DNA of 64,000 bases, taken from positions 1 through 64,000 of the forward strand of contig JBFJCP010000007.1 in assembly GCA_041615815.1 (NCBI GenBank), read 5' to 3'. The position numbers and the translations under genes are program-made. Positions within the stretch are counted from its first letter, which is position 1. Each line of letters opens with the position of its first letter. Shown piece by piece: positions 11,736 through 20,485 of this stretch. The notes below the pieces were generated by a model that saw only the letters and a program-made list of their open reading frames with translations, was not told where the DNA came from and made no database searches. This DNA comes from Gemmatimonadales bacterium. Lineage in GTDB: Bacteria > Gemmatimonadota > Gemmatimonadetes > Gemmatimonadales > GWC2-71-9.

Positions 11736-13975
11736 GCCGACCCCACGGCTTCGAGCGGCCGGTACCGCTGATGCGCGCGCTTCCGCCGCCGCCACATGCG
11801 AAGCGTGGCGACAAGCACCAGGACCAACGGGACACCAATCAGGTTGCCGTATTTTGCGAGATCGCGCACGAGGCCGCTTTCGAACACCAGCGGGGGCGGA
11901 TTGCGATCCTTGGCACGGATCGCAATGAGCCCCTCGTCTTGTGCCAGCCAGTCCACGGCATTGAGCATGAAGACGAGTGCTTCTGGCGAGCCCCGGAGGT
12001 ATTGATCACTGGCAAACTCCGCATTTCCCACCACCACAACGCGCCCCGCGACTCCGGTATCGGCGCTGTCCGCCATGGCCGGATTCACGAGTACGGCCAC
12101 GAGTTGCGTACTCAGGCTATCCTCGGGAAAATCACGCTGTGGCGCGAGGAACGTTTGGCCCGTCTCGGTTCCAGCGGCCCGGCTCGTCACGAAGAGGGGG
12201 GTGATGCTCCCCGCTGCCGCGCTCGAGGTGTCGATGCTGCTGGCCCACGGCATGAGCACGGACTCGATATCCTGGCTGACGGCAGAGCGTTGTGCGCTCA
12301 GGGCGCGAATCCAAAACGGATATTGTACGATCAGCCGGAACGGACCTTGTGAGGCCGGTACCTGCACTTGCTCGTTGGCCGCGAGATCGTACACCATGTC
12401 GCCGCGGATGGACACACCAAACGGTTGTAGTACGCGGTTCCACGCAACCGGCCGGGTCATAGCCATGAACCCTTGTTGTTGTCGTGCCATCCCTGCCGCC
12501 AGGACCATGGCGCCCCCCCCACCGCGAAGATACGCTTCGACGCGGGCGGCCTGGACCTCCGCCAGCGTGGGCGGAGCGCCGATCAGTAGGACGGCCCGCA
12601 AGTCGTCCGGGACCGGAGCCGAATCCGTCAACGAGAGCGTGCGGACATCGTAGTTCTGCTCGAGCTCTCGCCGTAGCATCTGGTAGCTGGCCCCGGCCTC
12701 CGGATCCGACTGTTCGAGAATCCCGACCGCCGGTGTCTCGTCGCGGGTTAAGGTCCGGACGAAAGAGGCCAACCGATATTCGAGATCATCGGTTCGCTGC
12801 ACGAATGGGATGGTCTCGGTTCCCTCGGCGTACTGCACGGCGAGGCCGAGATACCCCTCGCGGACCGAGAGCTCGGACTCTCCGATCACGTTGAACTGGA
12901 CGGCCGGAATCCCCAGTGACCGAGCTTCTTCCTCGGCGTCGGCGTCATCATCGGGATGCCGCATCGCGACCCTGACCTGGCCACCACCCGCGCTTCGCAG
13001 GTCGTCCAGCAGGTCTTCGATATCTCGCTTGACGAGGGAGACCTGCGGCGGGAGCTCTTTCGAGACGAAGAACTTGAGCGTCACCAGGTCGTCGAGTCCT
13101 CTCAACAGCGTCTTGGTGTACTGCGACAGCGTATACGCGTTGCCGGGAGTGAGATCGAGCCGGCCTCCGATGTGACGGCCAAAGAGATTCAGGACTACCA
13201 ACGTCATGGCGATGAGGGTCGTCCCCACCCGCAGGCGCCGGAGCGCGGCGCCACTGGGGGACAACCGGCGGGTGGCCAGTGCCAAGTACGCAAGAGCAAG
13301 AAACACCGCCGCAAGCGTCAGGAAGTAGACCGCGTCCCGCAGATCGATGACGCCGCGGGCGATTCCCTCGAAGTGCGAGAGCACGCCCAGGTTACGCGCC
13401 ACGGTCCCCAAGGTGGGCGGCAACCCCACAATGAGCGGGTTGAGGCCCACCAGGATCAGCGGAAACATCACGGCGACGGCGGCAATGAATGCCGTGATCT
13501 GGTTGCGCGTGATACTGGAGGCCCAAATCCCAATCGCCGTGAGTCCGCCGCCCAGGAGCGCGCTGCCCACATATTGCGCTACGATCACGCCCCACTGCAG
13601 ATCCGCTCCCCAGGAGAGCGCGATGGGAATCGGGAACGTGAGTGCCAAGGCCAGCCAGATGAATGCCAATTGGCCCAGGTACTTGCCGAGCAGGAGTTCG
13701 AGTTCGGTGATGGGTTGGGCCAAGACCACTTCGAGCGTGCCCGTGCGCGCATCCTCAGCAACCGCGCGCATCGTGACCGCGGGTACGAAGAACAGAAAGA
13801 TCCAGGGAAGAAACTCGAGCATGGGCCGTAGGGTGGCCACTTGGATCAGATACGCCTGTCGAAAGAACAGAAAGTCGTTGACGCCAAGGAAGACGATCAG
13901 CAGGATGTAGCCGGTGGGGTGATCGAACAGCGCCCGAAGCTCCCGGCGCGCGACGGTCAAAATGGGTCGCATCAT
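11732..13975 (-). CDS. ABC-2 permease (GldF-like) fused to GldG-like domain
   Basis: FVPAVTMR, GTLEVVLAQPI, GVIDLRD, then RLDLTPGNAYTLS and FMLNAVDWL. Confidence 0.85.
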   Translation of the reverse strand: MMRPILTVARRELRALFDHPTGYILLIVFLGVNDFLFFRQAYLIQVATLRPMLEFLPWIFLFFVPAVTMRAVAEDARTGTLEVVLAQPITELELLLGKYLGQLAFIWLALALTFPIPIALSWGADLQWGVIVAQYVGSALLGGGLTAIGIWASSITRNQITAFIAAVAVMFPLILVGLNPLIVGLPPTLGTVARNLGVLSHFEGIARGVIDLRDAVYFLTLAAVFLALAYLALATRRLSPSGAALRRLRVGTTLIAMTLVVLNLFGRHIGGRLDLTPGNAYTLSQYTKTLLRGLDDLVTLKFFVSKELPPQVSLVKRDIEDLLDDLRSAGGGQVRVAMRHPDDDADAEEEARSLGIPAVQFNVIGESELSVREGYLGLAVQYAEGTETIPFVQRTDDLEYRLASFVRTLTRDETPAVGILEQSDPEAGASYQMLRRELEQNYDVRTLSLTDSAPVPDDLRAVLLIGAPPTLAEVQAARVEAYLRGGGGAMVLAAGMARQQQGFMAMTRPVAWNRVLQPFGVSIRGDMVYDLAANEQVQVPASQGPFRLIVQYPFWIRALSAQRSAVSQDIESVLMPWASSIDTSSAAAGSITPLFVTSRAAGTETGQTFLAPQRDFPEDSLSTQLVAVLVNPAMADSADTGVAGRVVVVGNAEFASDQYLRGSPEALVFMLNAVDWLAQDEGLIAIRAKDRNPPPLVFESGLVRDLAKYGNLIGVPLVLVLVATLRMWRRRKRAHQRYRPLEAVGSA

Positions 13976-14946
13976 CGCCCTCCCTCGTCGGGCTGCTCCA
14001 CGCCGCTCACCACCGGCTCGGCAGTGAGCTCCCGGAAAAGGTCCTCGAGGCTGCGCGCCGCCCGGTGGAGCTCGAAGAGGGTCCAGTTGCGGGTCTTGGC
14101 CAGCTCGAAGATGGCCGGACGCACGTCATGGGCGGCGTCACCCGTGAGCGTGACGGATATGCGTCCCGAGCCTCGCGCGCGGACGTCGTCGATCGCCAGG
14201 ACACCCGGAACCGTCCGAAGCCCATCTTCCACCCCCGTTCCTTCCACCTCGACGGTCACCTGTACGGCTCCGGCGGCTTGGGCCACCAGGGTCTCCACGG
14301 GCCCGTCCGCGGCGATCCGTCCGCGGTGAATCACCAATAACCGCGAACACGTGTGCTGGACCTCCGAAAGCACATGCGTGGACAGGATCACCGTACGGTC
14401 GCGCCCCAGCTCGCTGATCAAACGCCGAATCTCAACCCGCTGGTTGGGGTCGAGACCTTCGGTTGGCTCGTCGAGCACCAGTAGGTCCGGACGGTGCAGG
14501 ATCGCCTGTGCCAATCCCACCCGCTGCCGGTAGCCCTTGGACAACTCCGCGATGGGCCGGTAGTAGACGTCGCTGATACCGGTGCCGCCGACCGCCTCGT
14601 CGATCGCGCTTCGGCGTGCGGATCCGTCCAACTCGCGAAGCTGTGCGACGAAATCGAGGTACTCCGAGACGAGCATCTCGGTGTACAAGGGATTGTTCTC
14701 CGGCAGGTATCCGATGCGGCGCTTGGCCTCCCGAGCCGCCTCGGCCAGCGGTGCGCCATCGAAGCGGATTTCCCCCCGGTCCGGCTCATAGTACTGCGTG
14801 ATCAACCGCATGGTCGTCGTCTTGCCGGCGCCATTGGGCCCCAGGAACCCGACCACCTGGCCGCGATCGACGGTGAAGGTTGCCTCGGAGACGGCGGGGA
14901 TCCCGTCGAATTGCTTCGTCACGCGTTCCAGCATGAGCAGCGTCAT
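13972..14946 (-). CDS. ABC transporter ATP-binding protein (GldA-like)
   Basis: GPNGAGKTT, LSKGYRQRVGLAQA, LVLDEPT. Confidence 0.9.
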   Translation of the reverse strand: MTLLMLERVTKQFDGIPAVSEATFTVDRGQVVGFLGPNGAGKTTTMRLITQYYEPDRGEIRFDGAPLAEAAREAKRRIGYLPENNPLYTEMLVSEYLDFVAQLRELDGSARRSAIDEAVGGTGISDVYYRPIAELSKGYRQRVGLAQAILHRPDLLVLDEPTEGLDPNQRVEIRRLISELGRDRTVILSTHVLSEVQHTCSRLLVIHRGRIAADGPVETLVAQAAGAVQVTVEVEGTGVEDGLRTVPGVLAIDDVRARGSGRISVTLTGDAAHDVRPAIFELAKTRNWTLFELHRAARSLEDLFRELTAEPVVSGVEQPDEGGR

Positions 14947-15051
14947 CGCACAACTGTCCTACCTGAGAAGTCCAGCGAAACCATCGGGTTGGCGGGTCGG
15001 GCAGGATTTTAACCACGTTCCCGGCGAGCGTACAAGCCCGGGAGCGGAGTC

Positions 15052-15097
15052 TTGCAATCTGCACCCGACCACGTACTTTACCACACAAAGTGCTTTG
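15052..15097 (+). promoter_or_regulatory. Promoter with overlapping palindromic operator
   Basis: TTGCAA-16 nt-TACTTT; ACTTT-N7-AAAGT at 15075-15091 and CAAAG-TG-CTTTG at 15086-15097. Confidence 0.55.
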
Positions 15098-15123
15098 CTC
15101 AGCCCAATGCCCATGGGGGCCCC

Positions 15124-15705
15124 GTGACGATTCCGACCCACGAAGATCAGCAGCAGGCCAAAGAGACGCTGGCTTTCATCCGCCGCACCATGGAGTCGGC
15201 CTCGAGTTTCACCGCCATATCTGGCTGGGGCCTGGTTGCCGTCGGGGGCGTGGGGCTCCTGGCGGCGTGGCTGGCCTGGAGCGGCGGAACCGCCAGCGAC
15301 GTACGGGTTTGGATCCCGGCCGCGGTGGTGTCGGTAACCATCGCGTTGGCCGCCAATGCCGTCAAAGCTCGGCGCATGGACGTGCCCGTATGGACCGGAG
15401 CCGTGCGGAAGACCGTATGGGTCATGACCCCGGCGTTGGCGGCGGGGGCCATGCTCACCTACGCCTTGTACGACCAGGGGGCCGTGTCCTTGGTGCCTGG
15501 CACATGGCTTGCCCTGTACGGCGCGGGCGTAAGCGCCGGTGGCACCTTCTCGGTTCGAGCCATCCGGGCGATGGGCGTGGCCTTTCTCCTCCTCGGAGCG
15601 GCGGCGCTGCTGCGACCAGACTGGGGCCTCCTGCTGCTGGGTGCGGGGTTCGGCGGCCTCCACCTCGGTGTCGGGCTCGACATCGTCTGGAGACATGGTG
15701 GGTAG
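15124..15705 (+). CDS. Hypothetical membrane protein (about 6 TM)
   Basis: LAFIRRTME N-terminus, hydrophobic helices, FGGLH motif; start uncertain (GTG 15124). Confidence 0.7.
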   Translation: MTIPTHEDQQQAKETLAFIRRTMESASSFTAISGWGLVAVGGVGLLAAWLAWSGGTASDVRVWIPAAVVSVTIALAANAVKARRMDVPVWTGAVRKTVWVMTPALAAGAMLTYALYDQGAVSLVPGTWLALYGAGVSAGGTFSVRAIRAMGVAFLLLGAAALLRPDWGLLLLGAGFGGLHLGVGLDIVWRHGG

Positions 15706-16018
15706 CTCCGTTTCGGACGAACTCGACCGTCTCATTCACGAGCGGGTGCGCCTCGGCATCGTGTCCGCCCTGGCGGCCGATGAGAGCCTGAGCTTTGGCG
15801 ACCTCAAGTCGATACTGAAGACGAGCGATGGAAACCTCAGCGTGCACGCTCGGAAGCTCGAAGAGGCAGGCTATATCAAGGTGACCAAAGGTTTCTCCGA
15901 TAGAAAGCCCAAGACGGAATACCGACTGACAGCCAAGGGCCGCCGCGCGCTCGAGTCCTATCTCGACCAGATGGAAGCGATTCTCAGCGTTGCCCGTGAT
16001 GCTCTGGAGAAACAATGA
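15695..16018 (+). CDS. Winged-helix transcriptional regulator (ArsR/MarR-like, HTH_34-type)
   Basis: LDRLIHERVRLGI, TSDGNLSVHARKLEEAGYI, YRLTAKGR. Confidence 0.88.
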   Translation: MVGSSVSDELDRLIHERVRLGIVSALAADESLSFGDLKSILKTSDGNLSVHARKLEEAGYIKVTKGFSDRKPKTEYRLTAKGRRALESYLDQMEAILSVARDALEKQ

Positions 16019-16737
16019 GTGGACTGCACGTGGGGATCATCATGGACGGGAATGGCCGCTGGGCCAAGGCGCAGCGCATGCCGCGATGGCGTGGGCATGT
16101 GGCCGGTGTGGACAGCGTGCGGGACGTCGTCCGTGGAGCGCCGGACCTCGGCATCGGGACCCTCACACTCTACGCCTTCTCCAACGACAACTGGAAACGG
16201 CCCGCCACGGAGGTCGGCCGGCTCTTTTGGCTCCTGCGCGAGTACTGCCGACGGGAGTCCGCCGAGCTCGTCCAAAACGGCGTCAAAGTGACGCAGATCG
16301 GACGGCGAGACCGTATCCCCAAGGCGGCTCTGGCGGCGCTCGAAGAGGTCGAGGCCGCGACGGCACGGGGCACACGGTTGCATCTCCGCCTCGCCATCGA
16401 CTACGGCGCGCGCTGGGCCATCACCTACGCCGCCCGCGAAATCGGGCGTTGGGTCGCGGATGGGATGCTCGATCCTGCCGATGTCTCATCCGATGTGCTG
16501 CGGCGCCATATCTCTGGTAGCGTGCCGGATGTGGATCTCGTTGTGCGCACCGCCGGTGAGCAGCGACTGTCCGACTTCCTGCTCTGGGAGTCGGCCTACG
16601 CGGAGTTCTATTTCACGTCGGTGCTCTGGCCGGACTTTCGCAAGGCGGACCTGGCGCTCGCCCTCTCGGATTTTCACCGGCGCGAGCGTCGCTTCGGGAG
16701 CGTGGGGGAGCCCAGGACGCAGAGAGCGGCGAGCTAG
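16015..16737 (+). CDS. uppS: Undecaprenyl/polyprenyl diphosphate synthase (cis-prenyltransferase)
   Basis: HVGIIMDGNGRWA, LYAFSNDNWKRP, RTAGEQRLSDFLLW, RERRFG. Confidence 0.92.
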   Translation: MSGLHVGIIMDGNGRWAKAQRMPRWRGHVAGVDSVRDVVRGAPDLGIGTLTLYAFSNDNWKRPATEVGRLFWLLREYCRRESAELVQNGVKVTQIGRRDRIPKAALAALEEVEAATARGTRLHLRLAIDYGARWAITYAAREIGRWVADGMLDPADVSSDVLRRHISGSVPDVDLVVRTAGEQRLSDFLLWESAYAEFYFTSVLWPDFRKADLALALSDFHRRERRFGSVGEPRTQRAAS

Positions 16738-16745
16738 CGTCACAG

Positions 16746-16838
16746 AGATTGCAGCATGTAGACTGCAGGAGACAGAAGTCAGCGCCATAACCTCGAGCAC
16801 TGCGGAAACAGCAATCTGAAATCCGCAATCTGCATTCC
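16746..16838. repeat. Inverted arrays of heptamers AGATTGC / GCAATCT
   Basis: AGATTGC AGCATGT AGACTGC ... GCAATCT GAAATCC GCAATCT GCATTCC. Confidence 0.6.
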
Positions 16839-16920
16839 CCGCCCCCCACCTTCCCTTTCCCGCCCGACCACTCATCTTACGAGAGTCCAACACACTTCCT
16901 GAGACAGCGTGGAGTCCGGT

Positions 16921-18402
16921 ATGGCTCGCTTCTTCTCGTGCGCCTTCGTGTTCACCATCGCCCTGTCGACCGTCGCCGCGGCCCAGGCCCCCTCGCCGTC
17001 ACCAGGCGTTCGCTACGACCGTCTGCTCATTCGGAATGCGTTGGTGATCGACGGGGCCGGCAACCCGACGCGAGGACCGTTCGACATCGTTGTCGAGGGT
17101 TCCCACATCGCCGACATCATTCGCCATGAGACCGAGGGCGCACCGGAAGCGGACCGGGTCATCGATGCCACGGGCATGTACGTCATGCCGGGCATCGTGG
17201 ATCTGCACGGCCACATCATGTTCAGTCGCAACGGCGAGCCGCTGCCCAAGGACTACGTGTACAAGCTCTGGCTGAGCCACGGCATTACCACGGTCCGGGA
17301 TCCGGGATCCGGTGAGGGGATCGACAGCATTGTGCACCATGCGGCCCTCTCCGCTGACAACCGCATCGCCGCACCGAGCATTATCCCCTACGGTGTGCCG
17401 GGTGGGGACACCGCGGACGAGGGACGGGCGTCAGTGCGGCGGCTAAAGGCGCAGGGTGCCCGCGGCCTCAAGGTCTTCGTGCTGCGGCCCGACGTATGGG
17501 AAGCGGTGGCGGACGAGGCACGACAACTCGACCTGCCCATCGCCACCGACATGAAGATCCAGGAGTTCGACGTGCTGGACGCTGCCCGGCTCGGGGTGCG
17601 AACCGTCGAACATTGGTATGGGGTCCCCGACGCCGCTATTCCCGGACCGCAGCATTTTCCGGATCACTACAACTACGACAACGAACTCGACCGCTTCCGC
17701 TGGGCCGGCGACCTCTGGCGACAAGCCGACCCCGCGCTTCTTTCGGCCGTCCTCGACTCCATGTTGGCAGCCGGTATCAGCTGGGATCCGACGTTTGCTG
17801 TGTACGAAGCCAACCGGGACCTGACCCGAGCGCAGAACCTGCCGTGGTTTACGGACTATGCGATGCCGAACGTCCTCGCGTTCTTCCAGCCCGATCCCGA
17901 ACGCCACGGGTCCTACCACTTCGATTGGACGACCAACGACGAGGTGATGTGGCGAGACAATTACCGCATTTGGATGCGGTGGGTACGGGAGTACGCGGCC
18001 CGGGGTGGCAACGTCACGGTTGGCTCGGATGCAGGGTTCATCTATCACCTCTACGGGTTTGCCACCATCCGCGAGCTCGAGCTCCACCGCGAGGCTGGCT
18101 TTCACCCCCTCGAGGTCATTCAACACGCCACGTCCAACGGAGCCAAGGCGTTGGGACTGCCAGAAACGGGCGTGATCCGGCCCGGCTTCGAAGCCGATCT
18201 CGTGGTCGTGGACGGAAACCCCCTCCACAACCTCAAAGTCCTCTACGGGACCGGCGTGCGTGTGGTGGAGGATGGGCGGGTGGTGCGACGAGGTGGCATC
18301 CGATACACGATCAAGGACGGCATCGTGTTCGACGCCCCCGCGCTCCTGGCAGAGGTCCGCGAGATGGTGCACCAGGCGCAACAGGCTACGTCCGCGCCAT
18401 GA
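16921..18402 (+). CDS. Secreted amidohydrolase-family protein
   Basis: Signal peptide; MPGIVDLHGH, GITTVRDPGS, GSDAG, ADLVVVDGNP. Confidence 0.85.
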   Translation: MARFFSCAFVFTIALSTVAAAQAPSPSPGVRYDRLLIRNALVIDGAGNPTRGPFDIVVEGSHIADIIRHETEGAPEADRVIDATGMYVMPGIVDLHGHIMFSRNGEPLPKDYVYKLWLSHGITTVRDPGSGEGIDSIVHHAALSADNRIAAPSIIPYGVPGGDTADEGRASVRRLKAQGARGLKVFVLRPDVWEAVADEARQLDLPIATDMKIQEFDVLDAARLGVRTVEHWYGVPDAAIPGPQHFPDHYNYDNELDRFRWAGDLWRQADPALLSAVLDSMLAAGISWDPTFAVYEANRDLTRAQNLPWFTDYAMPNVLAFFQPDPERHGSYHFDWTTNDEVMWRDNYRIWMRWVREYAARGGNVTVGSDAGFIYHLYGFATIRELELHREAGFHPLEVIQHATSNGAKALGLPETGVIRPGFEADLVVVDGNPLHNLKVLYGTGVRVVEDGRVVRRGGIRYTIKDGIVFDAPALLAEVREMVHQAQQATSAP

Positions 18403-19319
18403 GATGGACCTGGGCGTTGGGACTGGGCGCCATGGGAGGAATTGGCGGCACCGGGATCGTGGACCTGCCGACCCGGCCCGTTCAACCCAGCGCGCCTGTG
18501 GCGGTCAGCTGGATGCCGGAAACACTCACGCAGGGCTCCGCCGCGGTCGTTGTCATCCGCCCAGACAGCGATTCCAGCGGCGACGCCATCGACTCGGTCA
18601 CCGGGATGCTGGCCGGACAGCCATTGCATTTCGAGCGCGGGCGCGGCGGGACGTTCTGGGCGCTGCTCGGTATAGCCATCGACAGCCGGGATTCGCTCCC
18701 TCTCACCATGACAGCCATCCGGACCAAAGGCTCGAGTGAGCACGCGTTTCGCCGCGTGCCGGTGCGGGCCGTCGATTTTCCGACGGAACGACTCAGTGTC
18801 GACCCGCGCTTTACTCGACGACCGGACTCGGCGCTGGCTGCCCGCATTGCGCGCGAGCGTGCGGCGGCCGGCCGCGTCTATCGCGAATCGCGCGGCACAC
18901 CCCGTCTCTGGCGTGGAGCCTTCCAACGCCCGGTCCCCGATTCGGTCACCAGCTCATTTGGCATGGGCCGCGAGTTCAATGGCCAACTCCGGAGCCGGCA
19001 CATGGGAGTGGACCTCGACGCCGATGCCGGCGCACCCGTCGGGGCGACCAACCGCGGCGTCGTGGCCCTCACCGGTGATTTCTACTACGCGGGCCGAGTC
19101 GTGTATCTGGATCACGGCCGAGGACTGGTGACGGTCTACATGCACCTCAGCACCATCGAGGTGACACGGGGCGACACGGTCGCGACGGGTCACGTCCTGG
19201 GGCGGGTGGGAGCAACCGGGCGAGTGACCGGGCCCCACCTTCACTGGACGGCGCGATACGGCTCGGTGTCATTGGATGCGCTGAGTCTGTTGGCGTTGCC
19301 AGTCGGAGAATTGGAGTAG
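18399..19319 (+). CDS. M23 family metallopeptidase
   Basis: HMGVD (HxxxD), YMHLS, TGPHLHW; real start at the ATGA overlap 18399. Confidence 0.88.
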   Translation: MRWTWALGLGAMGGIGGTGIVDLPTRPVQPSAPVAVSWMPETLTQGSAAVVVIRPDSDSSGDAIDSVTGMLAGQPLHFERGRGGTFWALLGIAIDSRDSLPLTMTAIRTKGSSEHAFRRVPVRAVDFPTERLSVDPRFTRRPDSALAARIARERAAAGRVYRESRGTPRLWRGAFQRPVPDSVTSSFGMGREFNGQLRSRHMGVDLDADAGAPVGATNRGVVALTGDFYYAGRVVYLDHGRGLVTVYMHLSTIEVTRGDTVATGHVLGRVGATGRVTGPHLHWTARYGSVSLDALSLLALPVGELE

Positions 19320-19430
19320 AGAGAACAGGCGGCAGGGAGTGGGGTGGAGGCGGATAGCAAGAATCGGATTGTGCCCCCGCCCGTGAGGCGTCACCTTGGA
19401 GTCCAGCCACATGGACCCGACGAGGTACGC

Positions 19431-20354
19431 ATGACCCGCTCTGCCAATTCTGCCACCACTGCCACTACCGCCGCCGCTACCACCTCGGCGTCACTGGTCA
19501 TGACCCAGCTTCGAGACTACATCCGCGTCGAGCAGGCGATCGAGTATCTCGAACGTCACTACCGCCGACAGCCGCAATTGCCCGACGTCGCTCGGGCCGT
19601 GGGACTCAGCGAGTACCATTTTCAACGTCTGTTCCGCCGCTGGGCCGGCGTGAGTCCGAAGCGTTTTCTCCAGTACCTCACCGTCGAACACGCCAAGGCG
19701 GCGCTGCGAGGAGGACAATCGGTCTTGCACGCAGCCTTCGACGCCGGTCTCTCCGGGCCCGGGCGACTCCACGACCACTTCGTGACGCTCGAAGCCGTGA
19801 CCCCGGGCGAGTACCGCGGCGGTGGTGAGTCGGTGACCATCGGCTACGGGATTCATCCATCACCGTTCGGATACTGCTTCGTCGGGGCGACCGAGCGAGG
19901 CATCTGCCGAATGGAGTTCCTCGAGGAGCGAGACGCCGGCGAGGCCTTGGAAGCTCTGGCTGCGGTGTGGCCGGCAGCCAGGCTGCGCCGGGACCAGGGC
20001 AGGACGCGGGAGGTCGTGGCGCGAGTGTTCGAGGGTGGGCCCACCAACCGGGAGGGGCCCGTCACCTTGTCCATCCAAGGAACCAACTTTCAGATCCAGG
20101 TGTGGCGGGCATTGCTCGAAGTCCCCGCGGGAACGCTCACCTCGTACCAAGCGCTCGCGCGAGCCATCGGGAGTGAGGGATCGGAACGCGCCGTGGGGCG
20201 CGCGGTGGGCGCGAACCCCGTCGCTTTCCTCATCCCTTGCCACCGTGCCATTCGCAAGACGGGCGTCCTCGGCCACTACCGGTGGGGCACCGCCCGCAAG
20301 AAAGCCATGCTCGGATGGGAGGCGGCGCGCCACCCACTGCCAGCCGCGAGCTGA
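19431..20354 (+). CDS. Ada-like AraC-HTH plus O6-methylguanine-DNA methyltransferase
   Basis: HFQRLFRRWAGVSPKRF, GTNFQIQVWRAL, IPCHR active site; no N-terminal Zn domain. Confidence 0.88.
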   Translation: MTRSANSATTATTAAATTSASLVMTQLRDYIRVEQAIEYLERHYRRQPQLPDVARAVGLSEYHFQRLFRRWAGVSPKRFLQYLTVEHAKAALRGGQSVLHAAFDAGLSGPGRLHDHFVTLEAVTPGEYRGGGESVTIGYGIHPSPFGYCFVGATERGICRMEFLEERDAGEALEALAAVWPAARLRRDQGRTREVVARVFEGGPTNREGPVTLSIQGTNFQIQVWRALLEVPAGTLTSYQALARAIGSEGSERAVGRAVGANPVAFLIPCHRAIRKTGVLGHYRWGTARKKAMLGWEAARHPLPAAS

Positions 20355-20408
20355 CCATCGCACCGGAGCCACGCTCTGGAACCAATTCGCCGTGAGAACC
20401 ATACCCAC

Positions 20409-20440
20409 TTGGGGACGGGCACGAACCCGTCCCCAATTCC
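20409..20440 (+). terminator. Hairpin, possible terminator
   Basis: Perfect 11-bp stem TTGGGGACGGG/CCCGTCCCCAA; weak U tract. Confidence 0.5.
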
Positions 20441-20485
20441 GTTATCTTGGTAGGTTGGAGAACGCCCATTGGGAGCTGGCTGGCG

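Noticed and set aside
10821..14946. Gld genes as evidence of gliding motility
   Set aside because: GldA/F/G-DUF4340-type ABC systems occur widely, and no other gliding genes are present here.
17496..19319. 607-aa ORF as listed
   Set aside because: The first 301 codons overlap the amidohydrolase; the M23 gene most likely starts at ATG 18399.
19431..19500. Thr/Ala low-complexity N-terminus and missing Zn domain of the Ada-like protein
   Set aside because: Zn-domain-less AraC-MGMT fusions are common, and the tract may lie upstream of the true start (ATG 19500).
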